Below, one piece after another: positions 43,421 to 53,398 of a DNA stretch of 60,567 nucleotides. The position numbers and the translations under genes are program-made. Under the pieces are notes generated by a model, which had not been told where the DNA came from, made no database searches, and was given only the letters and a program-made list of their open reading frames with translations. The stretch comes from an uncultured Dechloromonas sp. (lineage in GTDB: Bacteria; Pseudomonadota; Gammaproteobacteria; Burkholderiales; Rhodocyclaceae): the NCBI GenBank assembly GCA_937996725.1, contig CALKUR010000117.1:1-60567 (forward strand). Reading direction: 5' to 3'. Numbering within the stretch: the first letter of the stretch is position 1; each line of letters opens with the position of its first letter.

Positions 43421-43996
43421 CTATTGAGCTGGGTTGGTGACGTTGATTATCGGTGTAACGTCAAAACCCAATTTGACGGCTTTTTGTTTTAAACGATCCA
43501 CGATCTCTTGATCGAGCGCCGGTGTTCTGGCGAGAATCCATAGATAGCCTCGGCTCGGTGCGCCGACCATCACCCAGCGATACTCCGGATCCAGATCGAT
43601 AATCCAATAATCGCCCCACACAACGGGTAGCCATGCCATCCAGTCCGGCGCAAAGCGGACCCGCAACTGCCCTGGGTGTCGGAGGTCGGGAATTTCGGCG
43701 ATACCGCGGGCGCTGATTTGAGCGCTTTCGGTGCGACAACTATTGACGACATCAATTCGGTCATCGCTTCTGAGCGTGTATGTCGCGGTGATGTTATCGA
43801 TACAGTTTCGTTCAAACCACATGGGTAGGCGTGCGATTTCGTACCAACGGCCGCTGTACTTCTGAAGGTCGACGTTTTGTACCGTTGGCAGGTTCTCAGC
43901 CGCTTCTGCCCGAGTCAAGGCAGGCAGGCAGGCTGCAACAGCGAGCGAGAATGCCAACAAAGACTGCCAGCCAAATCGTGAACGACATACCATCAT
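43421..43996 (-). CDS. blc: Bacterial lipocalin (Blc-like)
   Basis: VDLQKYSGRWYEIAR, GDYWIIDLDPEY, YLWILARTP; possible lipobox VAAC. Confidence 0.9.
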   Translation of the reverse strand: MMVCRSRFGWQSLLAFSLAVAACLPALTRAEAAENLPTVQNVDLQKYSGRWYEIARLPMWFERNCIDNITATYTLRSDDRIDVVNSCRTESAQISARGIAEIPDLRHPGQLRVRFAPDWMAWLPVVWGDYWIIDLDPEYRWVMVGAPSRGYLWILARTPALDQEIVDRLKQKAVKLGFDVTPIINVTNPAQ

Positions 43997-44073
43997 GGGG
44001 TATCCCTATATAAAAGAGGGTTAACTTAAGCTTCCGGTAATAACCATCCGGCAAAATCTAGAAAATTCTGGAG

Positions 44074-44505
44074 ATGATTATGCATCGAACCCAATTTTTT
44101 CGTCTGTTTCGTTTTTCGACGCTAGCCTTGCTGCTCGGCGCATCGAGTTTTTGTCAGGCCGAGACGCCACAGACTTTTTTAGAAGAATACCGTCAAGCCG
44201 CGAAGGCGCAAAACCCCGGGTTCAAAGGGTTTTCTGCCGCTGCTGGCGAGAGCTTCTACAAAAATAAGCATGGCGGAGAGTGGAGTTGTGCGAGCTGCCA
44301 TACGGATAACCCTACGGCGACCGGTAAGCATATCGTCACGGGCAAGCTGATCCAGCCCATCTCGCCGAATGGCAACTCGGAGCGTTTTAGCGATGCTGCC
44401 AAGGTCAATAAATGGTTTAAACGTAACTGTAATGATGTCCTCAAACGCGAGTGCACAGCGGAAGAAAAAGGGAATGTGCTGACTTATCTGATGGCGGTGA
44501 AATGA
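44074..44505 (+). CDS. DUF1924 / SHP-like monoheme cytochrome c
   Basis: Signal peptide, CASCH heme motif, RFSDAAKVNKWFKRNCNDVLKRECTAEEK. Confidence 0.88.
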   Translation: MIMHRTQFFRLFRFSTLALLLGASSFCQAETPQTFLEEYRQAAKAQNPGFKGFSAAAGESFYKNKHGGEWSCASCHTDNPTATGKHIVTGKLIQPISPNGNSERFSDAAKVNKWFKRNCNDVLKRECTAEEKGNVLTYLMAVK

Positions 44506-44993
44506 TGAAAGCAAACCTGGCAATGAAGCGGGCAATTAAAACTATTGGATGGGTCATGGTTTTGGGATGCCTCTCGGCAGAAAGGGTGGCGCATGCAGGC
44601 AGCCATCAGTACGGCCCTTATCCTGCAAAATACGCCGAAGAGTGCGGTAGTTGCCATGTGCCCTATCCGCCGCAGCGCATGACTGCGGCAGGGTGGGAAA
44701 TACAAATGCGACACCTGAAACAGCACTATGGGTCGGATGCCAGCGTCGATGCCCCGACCCATCAGGCACTCTTGTCATACCTTGTTGCGAACGCCTCTCC
44801 GAAAGACAAGAGTGCGCCCGCCGATCCGACAGCGCGCATGACTAAGACCCGCTGGTTCGTCAAAGAGCATGGCACGACACCGCCCAAGGGGCAGAGTTTT
44901 AGCAACTGCGCTGCGTGCCACACGCAGGCAGAAAAGGGAGATTTCTCCGAGCGCACATTGAAAACACCAGCAGGGTGGAATCATGGAGACTAA
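44502..44993 (+). CDS. Diheme cytochrome c (DHC)
   Basis: Signal peptide, ECGSCH.PYPP, HYGSDAS, WFVKEH, CAACH. Confidence 0.88.
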   Translation: MMKANLAMKRAIKTIGWVMVLGCLSAERVAHAGSHQYGPYPAKYAEECGSCHVPYPPQRMTAAGWEIQMRHLKQHYGSDASVDAPTHQALLSYLVANASPKDKSAPADPTARMTKTRWFVKEHGTTPPKGQSFSNCAACHTQAEKGDFSERTLKTPAGWNHGD

Positions 44994-45666
44994 TACCGCG
45001 CGCATATCAGCTGATCTGTCCGAACATATCGATACAGGGCGTAGCCGTATTCTGGTTTGGGACATTCCTACTCGGTTGTTCCACTGGTCGCTTGTTGTCT
45101 GCTTCGTTATCGCCTATTTGACCAGCGAATCAGAACGCTGGCAGCTGTGGCATGTGACAGCCGGGTATACCTTTGGTGCGCTGTTGGTCTTTCGCCTAGT
45201 TTGGGGCGCAATCGGTAGCCGATATGCGCGTTTTAGTAATTTCGTTCGGGGCCCGAAACAGACGATGCGCTATCTCGGTAGCCTCCTGACACGCCACCCG
45301 CAGCACTATGTAGGCCATAACCCCGCAGGTGCATGGGCGATCGTGGGCATGATTGGGCTGGGGTTGCTTGTCGTATTCACGGGCTGGGCCAGCTTTAACG
45401 ATTATGGCGACTGGTTCGGAGAACTGCACGAGGGGATCGTTAATGCGCTGATTGTGGTGATTGGTGTTCACATCGGTGGCGTTATCGTGTCGAGCTTCCT
45501 ACATCACGAAAACTTGGTCCGATCCATGGTGAATGGCTACAAGCAGGGCAAGCTGATCGATGCTATACGTTATCCGCAATGGGTTGTCGGTGCCTTGCTC
45601 GTACTGGGCATGGGAACTTTTCTTTGGGCGCTGCTGACCAGCCGTTTGCCGGCGTTGCTGCCCTGA
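44983..45666 (+). CDS. Membrane cytochrome b (Ni/Fe-hydrogenase cytochrome b family)
   Basis: VWDIPTRLFHW, FRLVWG, RYARF, GHNPAG, LHE, ENLVRSMVNG. Confidence 0.9.
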   Translation: METNTARISADLSEHIDTGRSRILVWDIPTRLFHWSLVVCFVIAYLTSESERWQLWHVTAGYTFGALLVFRLVWGAIGSRYARFSNFVRGPKQTMRYLGSLLTRHPQHYVGHNPAGAWAIVGMIGLGLLVVFTGWASFNDYGDWFGELHEGIVNALIVVIGVHIGGVIVSSFLHHENLVRSMVNGYKQGKLIDAIRYPQWVVGALLVLGMGTFLWALLTSRLPALLP

Positions 45667-45721
45667 ATCCGGGGTTCGGGCATACTGAACCCTGGATAGA
45701 TTCAAGCCGCAGGAGAAGAAG

Positions 45722-46378
45722 GTGCGTATTCTGATCGTAGAAGATGATCCGATGCTGGGCGAAGGCCTGCAGACCGGTTTGCGTCAGGCTGGGTTTCAAC
45801 CGGAATGGGTCAAAGACGGTGAGGCAGCTTGGCAGATTCTGCGTCACGAGCCTTTTAGCGCCGTAGTGCTGGATCTGGGCCTGCCCAAAATGGACGGCTT
45901 GGAAGTATTGAAGCGCGTTCGCGCAGAAGGGCAGAAGCTGCCAGTGCTGGTGCTGACGGCTCGCGATACTGCTAATGACGTGATTTCTGGGCTTGATTCC
46001 GGTGCCGATGATTACATGGTGAAGCCTTGTGATCTGGGCGAGCTCGGCGCTCGCTTGCGTGCACTGGTCCGTCGTGCGGCTGGTACCGCAGCGCCCATCA
46101 TGCAGATAGGGGAGCTATCGCTGGATCCAGCCTCCCGCGCCGTGCGCTATCAAGGCCATGACGTTGAGCTGTCACCGCGAGAGTTCGATTTGTTGCACGA
46201 GCTGATGCTCAACGCCGGGAAAGTGCTGACGCGTGCGCAACTGGAGTCGAAAATTTATCCTTGGGGCGAGGAAGTCGAATCAAACGCACTAGAGGTTCAT
46301 GTGCATCACTTGCGCCGCAAGACGAGTAGCGAAACCATTAAAACCGTCCGCGGCGTCGGCTATCTGATTCCTCGATGA
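45722..46378 (+). CDS. OmpR-family response regulator (QseB/PmrA-like)
   Basis: IVEDD, LDLGLP, LTARD, GADDYMVKP, SNALEVHVHHLRRK, TVRGVGY. Confidence 0.93.
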   Translation: MRILIVEDDPMLGEGLQTGLRQAGFQPEWVKDGEAAWQILRHEPFSAVVLDLGLPKMDGLEVLKRVRAEGQKLPVLVLTARDTANDVISGLDSGADDYMVKPCDLGELGARLRALVRRAAGTAAPIMQIGELSLDPASRAVRYQGHDVELSPREFDLLHELMLNAGKVLTRAQLESKIYPWGEEVESNALEVHVHHLRRKTSSETIKTVRGVGYLIPR

Positions 46379-47736
46379 TTGCCGGGTTCTGGCGCCGAGA
46401 TTCAGGCAGCTTACAGTTACAGCTGCTGGCCGGAACACTCGCCTTTGTGAGTGCCGTCTGGCTGGTGTTAAGTGTGGTCGCTTGGCGCGAAGCGGAATCG
46501 GAAGCGGAAGAGTTATTTGATGCCCACCTGGCACAGACAGCAGCCTTGCTCGTCGTTTTGAGCAGTGAGGAATCGAGCGACCTACCGGAAGAACTGCCGT
46601 CACATCGCTATGCCCGCAAGGTGGCGTTCCAGATCTGGTCGGATAAAGGCAAATTGTTGGCACGATCCACCACCGCGCCGCGCGAGCCGCTGACCGACCA
46701 AACCAGAGGCTTTTCGGATCGGCGAATCGATGGCCGATCTTGGCGCATCTATAGCAAACTGGACGAGCGGCACCACCACCGCATCCTGGTTGCGGAAAGT
46801 TACGAGGCGCGCAATGCCGTCGGTAGAGAGCTGGCTAAACACCTGCTGACGCCGCTGATTTTTGCGTTACCTTCCCTCGCGCTGGGATTGGTGCTGCTCA
46901 TGCGGCAGCGTTTCAAGCCGCTCCATCGACTGGCCACTTCGATCGGCCAGCGGTCACCGGATCGACTAGACCCCATCGCCGAGACCGGTGTGCCCAATGA
47001 GATCCGGCCAATTATTGAACAGACTAATCGGTTACTACGGCGTGTCTCGGATTCGATTGAACAGGAAAGGCGTTTTACCGCGGATGCCGCGCATGAGATT
47101 CGCACGCCGCTCGCGGTGATCCGGACCTATGCCCAGGTCGCAGCGGCGGCAACGGAGCCCGAAGAGCGCTCTCGGGCGTTAAATTCCGTCGTGCAGGCCA
47201 GCGACCGTGCGACGCATCTGCTTGCACAGCTATTGACCATGGCGCGCCTCGATAACGATGCGCTGACACGCAACTTTGTGAACTGCGATCTGCGCAAGAT
47301 CGCCGTCGACGTGATTGCCGAAATTACACCGCAAGCCCTCGATAAGAACGTCGAGGTTATGCTCGATGAGGGGCAAGTGGCTCGGGTCCAGGGAGAGCCA
47401 GCCTTACTGGCTGTGTTGTTGAGAAACCTGATTGACAATGCGATCCGCTACTCACCACCCGAAACTTTTGTGGCGGTGACGATCAAGTTGATCGATGGTC
47501 AGGTGAGGTTAACAGTCAGTGATCAGGGGCCGGGCATTCCTGAACACGAACGTGAACGGGTGCTTTCACGCTTCACCCGGCTTGGAGCGAGTGATGCGCC
47601 GGGTTCGGGGCTAGGGTTGTCGATCGCCCTGCGAATCGCACAGTTGCATGGCGCATCACTCGTACTGCAAGACGGTCCTGGTGAGTATGGATTAAGCGTA
47701 TGCGCAAACTTCCGGGAAGTCGCCGAGCCGCTGTGA
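46375..47736 (+). CDS. Sensor histidine kinase (QseC/PmrB-like)
   Basis: EELFDAHLAQTA, ERRFTADAAHEIRTPLA, NLIDNAIRY, GSGLGLSI. Confidence 0.93.
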   Translation: MIAGFWRRDSGSLQLQLLAGTLAFVSAVWLVLSVVAWREAESEAEELFDAHLAQTAALLVVLSSEESSDLPEELPSHRYARKVAFQIWSDKGKLLARSTTAPREPLTDQTRGFSDRRIDGRSWRIYSKLDERHHHRILVAESYEARNAVGRELAKHLLTPLIFALPSLALGLVLLMRQRFKPLHRLATSIGQRSPDRLDPIAETGVPNEIRPIIEQTNRLLRRVSDSIEQERRFTADAAHEIRTPLAVIRTYAQVAAAATEPEERSRALNSVVQASDRATHLLAQLLTMARLDNDALTRNFVNCDLRKIAVDVIAEITPQALDKNVEVMLDEGQVARVQGEPALLAVLLRNLIDNAIRYSPPETFVAVTIKLIDGQVRLTVSDQGPGIPEHERERVLSRFTRLGASDAPGSGLGLSIALRIAQLHGASLVLQDGPGEYGLSVCANFREVAEPL

Positions 47737-47748
47737 TGAACCCAACCC

Positions 47749-48390
47749 TTAGGGGGCAAGCTGGCGCAACCGATGAAACAGATTCACTATGGCTACGGCG
47801 CTCAGCATGAGAATCATGGAACCGACGATGTCGCCAGCTGCCATTGCCGCCCAGAGACGGAACGCCTCGGCTTGTGAAGGGTCGCTATAGGCAATTTCGA
47901 TGGGGTGGTACGCATAGATTATTTGATGTAGTGACGCTGAAAGCAGCCCTTGCGAAAAAACGATGGTTAGCAGGTCGCTAAAAGCGAGCTCGTCGAGATT
48001 GCCGCCGATGCGTCGCCACCAGCAAACAAGCGCCATCATGAGATAGGCAGAAAATGCCGAGACGGCTGCGACAATACAGATGTGAAAAAAGTTCATCGTC
48101 TCGACATGACCCATATAGCCAATGGTCGATAGGATCGAACCCAAAAACACACCCACAGCGCCACGAAAGCCGAAGATCAAGACGGACAACGTGCGGATGC
48201 CGGCCGGAAGAAAGATTAACGACACACCCAGCGCGTAATCGAAGGCCGTGAGCTGTGACTGAATCAGCCACATGGCGTACCAACCGATAAATCCGAAAAG
48301 AAACGGAGTTAGCGGGGCATTCATGATCGCTTCAAGGCGGTTTGGCTGATTCGACGACATGTGGGCCATTTTAAGCCATGTAAATGGCAT
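47749..48390 (-). CDS. Stand-alone MASE1-like membrane protein (start may be 48360 or 48324)
   Basis: Multi-TM; SLIFLPAGIRTLSVLIFGFRG..GVFLGS and GDIVGS resemble MASE1. Confidence 0.6.
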   Translation of the reverse strand: MPFTWLKMAHMSSNQPNRLEAIMNAPLTPFLFGFIGWYAMWLIQSQLTAFDYALGVSLIFLPAGIRTLSVLIFGFRGAVGVFLGSILSTIGYMGHVETMNFFHICIVAAVSAFSAYLMMALVCWWRRIGGNLDELAFSDLLTIVFSQGLLSASLHQIIYAYHPIEIAYSDPSQAEAFRLWAAMAAGDIVGSMILMLSAVAIVNLFHRLRQLAP

Positions 48391-48441
48391 TTTGCCGAAG
48401 CGTGCCCGCTCGATCGATTACAATGGCGATCTATCAAACCC

Positions 48442-48515
48442 GCGGGCGTCGTATAGTGGCATTACCTAAGCTTCCCAAGCTTATGAGGAGGGTTCGATTC
48501 CCTTCGCCCGCTCCA
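48442..48515 (+). tRNA. tRNA-Gly (anticodon CCC)
   Basis: Acceptor GCGGGCG/CGCCCGC, anticodon arm TAAGC-TTCCCAA-GCTTA, T arm GAGGG-TTCGATT-CCCTT, encoded TCCA end. Confidence 0.97.
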
Positions 48516-48531
48516 CAGAATCTCATCTTCC

Positions 48532-48732
48532 ATGAATCTGACCGTTAACGGCAAAGCACACGAATGCCCACCCGATACAACGGTGAGTGTTTTGCTTGAA
48601 CAGTTGGCATTGGCTGGCCGCCGTGTGGCAGTTGAGCGTAACGGAGATATTGTGCCGCGTAGTCAGCACTTGGACACGCTGCTGCTCGAAGGCGATGAGA
48701 TCGAGATTGTCGTCGCCGTTGGCGGAGGTTAA
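48532..48732 (+). CDS. thiS: Sulfur carrier protein ThiS
   Basis: [14 protein letters not shown]-terminal VVAVGGG. Confidence 0.96.
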   Translation: MNLTVNGKAHECPPDTTVSVLLEQLALAGRRVAVERNGDIVPRSQHLDTLLLEGDEIEIVVAVGGG

Positions 48733-48734
48733 GC

Positions 48735-49535
48735 GTGCAACCCCAGGATGCCATGAATGCCGTAACAATCGGCAGCAAGACTTATCGTTCCCGTCTCTTG
48801 GTGGGTACCGGTAAATACAAAGATTTTGACGAAACCGGCCGCGCGATTGCGGCTTCGGGTGCCGAAATCGTGACGGTTGCGATTCGCCGCACCAATATTG
48901 GTCAAGATGCGGGCGCACCGAATTTGCTGGATGTGATTCCGCCGGATCGTTACACCATTTTGCCGAATACGGCAGGATGCTACACGGCCGATGATGCCGT
49001 GCGCACATTGCGTCTTGCGCGCGAATTGCTGGATGGTCATCCGCTGTGCAAGCTGGAAGTGCTGGGGGATCAGACCAGCCTGTTCCCGAACATGCCGGAA
49101 ACGCTGAAGGCCGCCGAAACACTGGTTCGGGAAGGCTTCGAAGTCATGGTCTACTGCTCGGACGATCCGATTCAGGCCAAGATGCTCGAAGACATTGGTT
49201 GCGTTGCCATCATGCCGCTTGCGTCGCTGATTGGCTCGGGCATGGGCATTCTCAATCCTTGGAATCTGCGCCTGATTCTAGATCAGGCCAAAGTGCCGGT
49301 TATTGTAGACGCCGGTGTGGGCACGGCCTCCGATGCGACGATTGCGATGGAACTCGGTTGCTCAGGCGTGCTGATGAATACGGCGATCGCACATGCCCAG
49401 GATCCGGTGCTGATGGCGACTGCCATGAAGCTGGCCGTAGAATCTGGTCGTTCGGCTTACCTGGCCGGCCGTATGCCCCGCAAGTTTTACAGCGCTGATC
49501 CGAGCTCGCCGACTACGGGCCTAATTGGCCGCTAG
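48735..49535 (+). CDS. thiG: Thiazole synthase
   Basis: [39 protein letters not shown]. Confidence 0.98.
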   Translation: MQPQDAMNAVTIGSKTYRSRLLVGTGKYKDFDETGRAIAASGAEIVTVAIRRTNIGQDAGAPNLLDVIPPDRYTILPNTAGCYTADDAVRTLRLARELLDGHPLCKLEVLGDQTSLFPNMPETLKAAETLVREGFEVMVYCSDDPIQAKMLEDIGCVAIMPLASLIGSGMGILNPWNLRLILDQAKVPVIVDAGVGTASDATIAMELGCSGVLMNTAIAHAQDPVLMATAMKLAVESGRSAYLAGRMPRKFYSADPSSPTTGLIGR

Positions 49536-49561
49536 TCATCGCATCATCAGTAAGTCTCGAT

Positions 49562-50110
49562 ATGAAACAAAGGCTCGTTGCAGCATTGTGGCTATTCGCA
49601 GTCATGACAGCGAACGCTACAGATGCGCCAAGGCCCCATGCCTATGCATTTGACCAGCCGGAAATACTGGCCACCCAGCGCGTATTTGGTATTGGTAATG
49701 CCGTGACGCTACTGGGTGCGGTGTGTGAAGATGATCCGCTGGCAACCGCCAGTTATGCCCAGTGGTTAGTTGTTAATGGCGTAACCCTGAGACAGATCAC
49801 TATCCGTCTTGCAGATTACTACCGGATATCGAGTCAATCGGATGATTTGCAGCAACGCGTAGCGACCACGATGCACCTGAAGTCGCGTCTAAACTTATCG
49901 GACGATGCTAAGTCGGACGCTTGCGCGAGTTTGCCGGAGACGCTGGCGTTGCCCAGCATGAACCTGGCTAAGCGTTATGACGCAGTACTGCTGGAGGTCA
50001 AAAATCCGGATTATCTGAAACAAAAGCGCCCTGCAATGCCTGCTGAAAATAAACAACCCGAATCTGTTGAAAGTAGCGATGATCGAGAAGAGCAAACCCG
50101 TTCTGAGTGA
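49562..50110 (+). CDS. Hypothetical exported protein
   Basis: Signal peptide [19 protein letters not shown]; two Cys; fills the thiG-trmB gap. Confidence 0.7.
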   Translation: MKQRLVAALWLFAVMTANATDAPRPHAYAFDQPEILATQRVFGIGNAVTLLGAVCEDDPLATASYAQWLVVNGVTLRQITIRLADYYRISSQSDDLQQRVATTMHLKSRLNLSDDAKSDACASLPETLALPSMNLAKRYDAVLLEVKNPDYLKQKRPAMPAENKQPESVESSDDREEQTRSE

Positions 50111-50786
50111 TCTGCCGGAACACCTGCGCCGTATCCGCAGCTTTGTGCGTCGCGAAGGACGTTTGACTGAGGGCCAAACATCGGCCATTTCAAGTGGCTG
50201 GCCACTTTGGGGGGTCGACTTTGTGCCGACCATGGTTGACTGGAACGCCATCTTCGGACGACCTGCCCCGCGCTACCTCGAGATCGGCTTTGGTATGGGC
50301 GGTGCGACGGCAGAGATCGCGCGTAACCATCCGGCGAACGACTATCTAGGTATTGAGGTGCACCGCCCCGGTGTCGGCAATTTGCTCAAGCTGATTGCAC
50401 AGGATGCCCTGAACAACTTGCGCATCATGTCGCATGATGCGGTAGATGTCGTGAACCAGATGATTGAACCTGGTTCACTGGACGGTATTCTGATTTTCTT
50501 TCCGGACCCCTGGCATAAAAAACGTCACCATAAGCGCCGCTTGATCCAGCCGGAATTTGTGCGCATTCTGGCAACGCGATTGAAGCAAGGCGGCACGATC
50601 CACTGCGCGACCGATTGGGAAAATTACGCCGAACAGATGCTGGAAGTCTTGTCTGCCGAGCCGATGCTCGAAAACACGGCTACTGGCTATGCCGAGCGAC
50701 CGGCCTATAGGCCACTGACCAAATTCGAAAATCGTGGCCTGAAACTAGGTCACGGCGTTTGGGATCTGGTCTTCCGTAAGAAGTAA
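50079..50786 (+). CDS. trmB: tRNA m7G46 methyltransferase
   Basis: [50 protein letters not shown]. Confidence 0.97.
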   Translation: MIEKSKPVLSDLPEHLRRIRSFVRREGRLTEGQTSAISSGWPLWGVDFVPTMVDWNAIFGRPAPRYLEIGFGMGGATAEIARNHPANDYLGIEVHRPGVGNLLKLIAQDALNNLRIMSHDAVDVVNQMIEPGSLDGILIFFPDPWHKKRHHKRRLIQPEFVRILATRLKQGGTIHCATDWENYAEQMLEVLSAEPMLENTATGYAERPAYRPLTKFENRGLKLGHGVWDLVFRKK

Positions 50787-50802
50787 GCGCCCTCCCGACT
50801 TC

Positions 50803-52020
50803 TTAAAGAAATCGCTGCAACAATACGTTCAGAAAACGCCGGCCTTGGTGCGTGGGTTTCAGATGCTTGCCCGGCACAACCCATTCCAGAAATCCATCGC
50901 GTACGGCCGACTCGACCTCACGGCTCACTACGAGCCAGGGTAGACCAGTGTGCCGCTCAAAAAGATCTGTGACAAAGCCGGCATTTAGGCGAAGGGCATT
51001 CATCATGAATTCGCCAACGAGCGCATCGGCGGGGATAGGGTCGTTGGTTTGTGTAAAGTTAACGGTGCCGGCCGCACCCAGATAGAGTTTCGGAAGCTTG
51101 TGACGCATGGTTCGACGAACGCCTTCATGGTTCGTGAGCTTGCCGTGTGCGCCTGGACCGATGCCGAGATAGTCGCCGAAGGTCCAGTAGTTCAGGTTAT
51201 GCCGGCATTGATGGCCAGGCTTGGCAAAGGCCGAAGTTTCGTAGTGGTCATAACCAGCCGCTGCCAGGCGTTCTTCCAAGCAGTCCTGGATTTCAGCGCA
51301 AGTATCGTCGTCGGGTAATCCAGCGGGGGGCGCTGCCGCGAAGGGCGTATGCGGTTCCAGCGTGAGTTGGTAGCAGGAGAAGTGTGGCGGCTCAAAGGCC
51401 AATGCCTGATCGATGTCGGCAAGTGCGGCCGCAGTGTTTTGGTGCGGCAACCCCACCATAAGGTCCAGGTTGAAGGTGTCGAAGCTGCGGGCAGCCGCTT
51501 CAATCGCTGCGATGGCTTGCGCACGATCGTGAATGCGACCGAGCGCATGTAACGCGGTATCGTCAAAACTCTGAATGCCCAGCGATAGCCGGTTGATCCC
51601 GGCCGCACGAAAGCCATTGAAGCGTTCAGCATCGACCGTGCCCGGATTGGCTTCTAGAGTGATTTCCGCTTCGGGTGAAATCGGCAGCAGAGTCCGCAAA
51701 CCCGTGAGCAATCGGTTAACTGCTTCGGGTGACAGTAGGCTCGGCGTGCCGCCTCCAAAGAACACAGTTTCAACGCGCCGCCCCCAGATGCTGGGCAAGG
51801 CAAGTGTGAGATCTTCCAGCAGTGCATCGACCAATGCCGATTCCGGCAAAGTCTCCGGGGCAGAGTGTGAGTTGAAGTCGCAGTAAGGGCATTTGCGCAC
51901 GCACCAGGGCACGTGTACATATAGTGATAGCGGGATCGCCTGCGTAAATTGCGGCGTAAGCGCTGGCGTTGAGTGCGTCTGTTGCTTACGTCCGGGAACG
52001 AAAGTGATGGGTTGCGTCAC
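50803..52020 (-). CDS. hemW: Radical SAM heme chaperone HemW (start uncertain)
   Basis: LYVHVPWCVRKCPYCDFNS, FGGGTPS, HNLNYW; downstream of rdgB. Confidence 0.94.
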   Translation of the reverse strand: MTQPITFVPGRKQQTHSTPALTPQFTQAIPLSLYVHVPWCVRKCPYCDFNSHSAPETLPESALVDALLEDLTLALPSIWGRRVETVFFGGGTPSLLSPEAVNRLLTGLRTLLPISPEAEITLEANPGTVDAERFNGFRAAGINRLSLGIQSFDDTALHALGRIHDRAQAIAAIEAAARSFDTFNLDLMVGLPHQNTAAALADIDQALAFEPPHFSCYQLTLEPHTPFAAAPPAGLPDDDTCAEIQDCLEERLAAAGYDHYETSAFAKPGHQCRHNLNYWTFGDYLGIGPGAHGKLTNHEGVRRTMRHKLPKLYLGAAGTVNFTQTNDPIPADALVGEFMMNALRLNAGFVTDLFERHTGLPWLVVSREVESAVRDGFLEWVVPGKHLKPTHQGRRFLNVLLQRFL

Positions 52021-52028
52021 GGGCGCAA

Positions 52029-52616
52029 TCAGAGCGTGCCTAAGCGCGTTAGGAGTTGTTGCATGGCGATCGCTCGATGCGAGCATTGGTTCTTGGCTTC
52101 GGCGGTCATTTCTGCGGCAGAGAGGTTGGCTTCAGGCACCCAGAACAACGGATCGTAGCCAAAGCCGTGCTCACCGCGCGGCGTTTCGAGGATTTCACCG
52201 TGCCAATTCCCTTCGGTGATGATGGGTTGCGGATCATCGGCGTGACGTACAAGGACCAGCAGGCTGACGAAGTGCGCGGCACGATCCTGTTGCCCGGCGA
52301 GTTTTTCCAGCAAAAGCCGGTTATTGCGTTCGTCGGATTTGGGTTCGCCTGCAAAACGGGCCGATAAAACGCCGGGTGCGCCACCGAGGGCGCGGACGCA
52401 CAGCCCAGAGTCATCGGCGATGGCGGGTAGGCCGCTCAGACGAGAGGCATGCCGCGCTTTAGCCAGTGCGTTTTCAACAAAGGTGAGGTACGGCTCTTCA
52501 GCTTCCGGAATATTCAGCGCACCCTGTGGCACCAGTTCGATGCCGATAGGTGCGAGTAACGTGCCAAGCTCTTTGAGTTTTTTGGCGTTATTGGAAGCGA
52601 GAACGAGGCGTTGCAT
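52029..52616 (-). CDS. rdgB: dITP/XTP pyrophosphatase
   Basis: ASNNAKKLKE, TFVENALAKA, ADDSGL, FGYDPLF, SHR. Confidence 0.97.
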   Translation of the reverse strand: MQRLVLASNNAKKLKELGTLLAPIGIELVPQGALNIPEAEEPYLTFVENALAKARHASRLSGLPAIADDSGLCVRALGGAPGVLSARFAGEPKSDERNNRLLLEKLAGQQDRAAHFVSLLVLVRHADDPQPIITEGNWHGEILETPRGEHGFGYDPLFWVPEANLSAAEMTAEAKNQCSHRAIAMQQLLTRLGTL

Positions 52617-52618
52617 GC

Positions 52619-53335
52619 TCAGGCCTTGGTCGCCTGCTTCTGTGCAGCCACCAGATCGCTGATACCCGCTTCTGCCAGATCAACCAGTGCGCCCAGTTCG
52701 GCGCGCGTGAAGGGCGTGCCTTCGGCCGTACCCTGAATTTCTACAATGCCGCCGCTACCGGTCATGATGACATTCATATCGGTATCGCAGCTCGAATCTT
52801 CCGCGTAATCCAGATCAAGTACAGGCTGACCATCGACGATGCCGACGGAAATTGCTGCCACGTGGTCGCGAATTGGGTTAGCAGGCAATTCGCCGGCGGC
52901 CACCAGCTTGGCGCAGGCGTCATGCAGGGCAATCCAGGCACCCGTAATGGCGGCGCAACGCGTTCCGCCATCGGCTTGTAAGACATCGCAATCGAGCGTG
53001 ATCTGGCGTTCGCCCAGGGCGACCAGATCAGTCACTGCACGCAGGCTTCGTCCGATAAGGCGCTGGATCTCCTGTGTTCGCCCGGTTTGTTTGCCCTTGG
53101 CGGCCTCGCGGGCGCTGCGGGTGTGCGTGGCGCGCGGTAGCATGCCGTACTCGGCGGTCACCCACCCCTGCCCTTTGCCGCGTAGCCAGGGCGGCAGATT
53201 GGTTTCGACACTGGCGGTACAAAGAACACGGGTTTGGCCGATCTGAATCAGCACGGAGCCTTCGGCATGGACGGTATAGCCGCGCGTGATCGAAAGCGGA
53301 CGTAATTCACCGGGTTGACGCTGGCTGGGTCGCAT
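52619..53335 (-). CDS. rph: Ribonuclease PH
   Basis: [39 protein letters not shown]. Confidence 0.98.
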   Translation of the reverse strand: MRPSQRQPGELRPLSITRGYTVHAEGSVLIQIGQTRVLCTASVETNLPPWLRGKGQGWVTAEYGMLPRATHTRSAREAAKGKQTGRTQEIQRLIGRSLRAVTDLVALGERQITLDCDVLQADGGTRCAAITGAWIALHDACAKLVAAGELPANPIRDHVAAISVGIVDGQPVLDLDYAEDSSCDTDMNVIMTGSGGIVEIQGTAEGTPFTRAELGALVDLAEAGISDLVAAQKQATKA

Positions 53336-53398
53336 GGGGGCTCCTGTGGTTTAAACTCGTCGGCATTGTACGACTTCTCATCAGATTCAGGATTTCTC

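Noticed and set aside
48442-48515. tRNA-Gly as an integration site for a prophage or ICE
   Set aside because: No integrase and no duplicated tRNA 3' end were seen, and core thiS follows directly.
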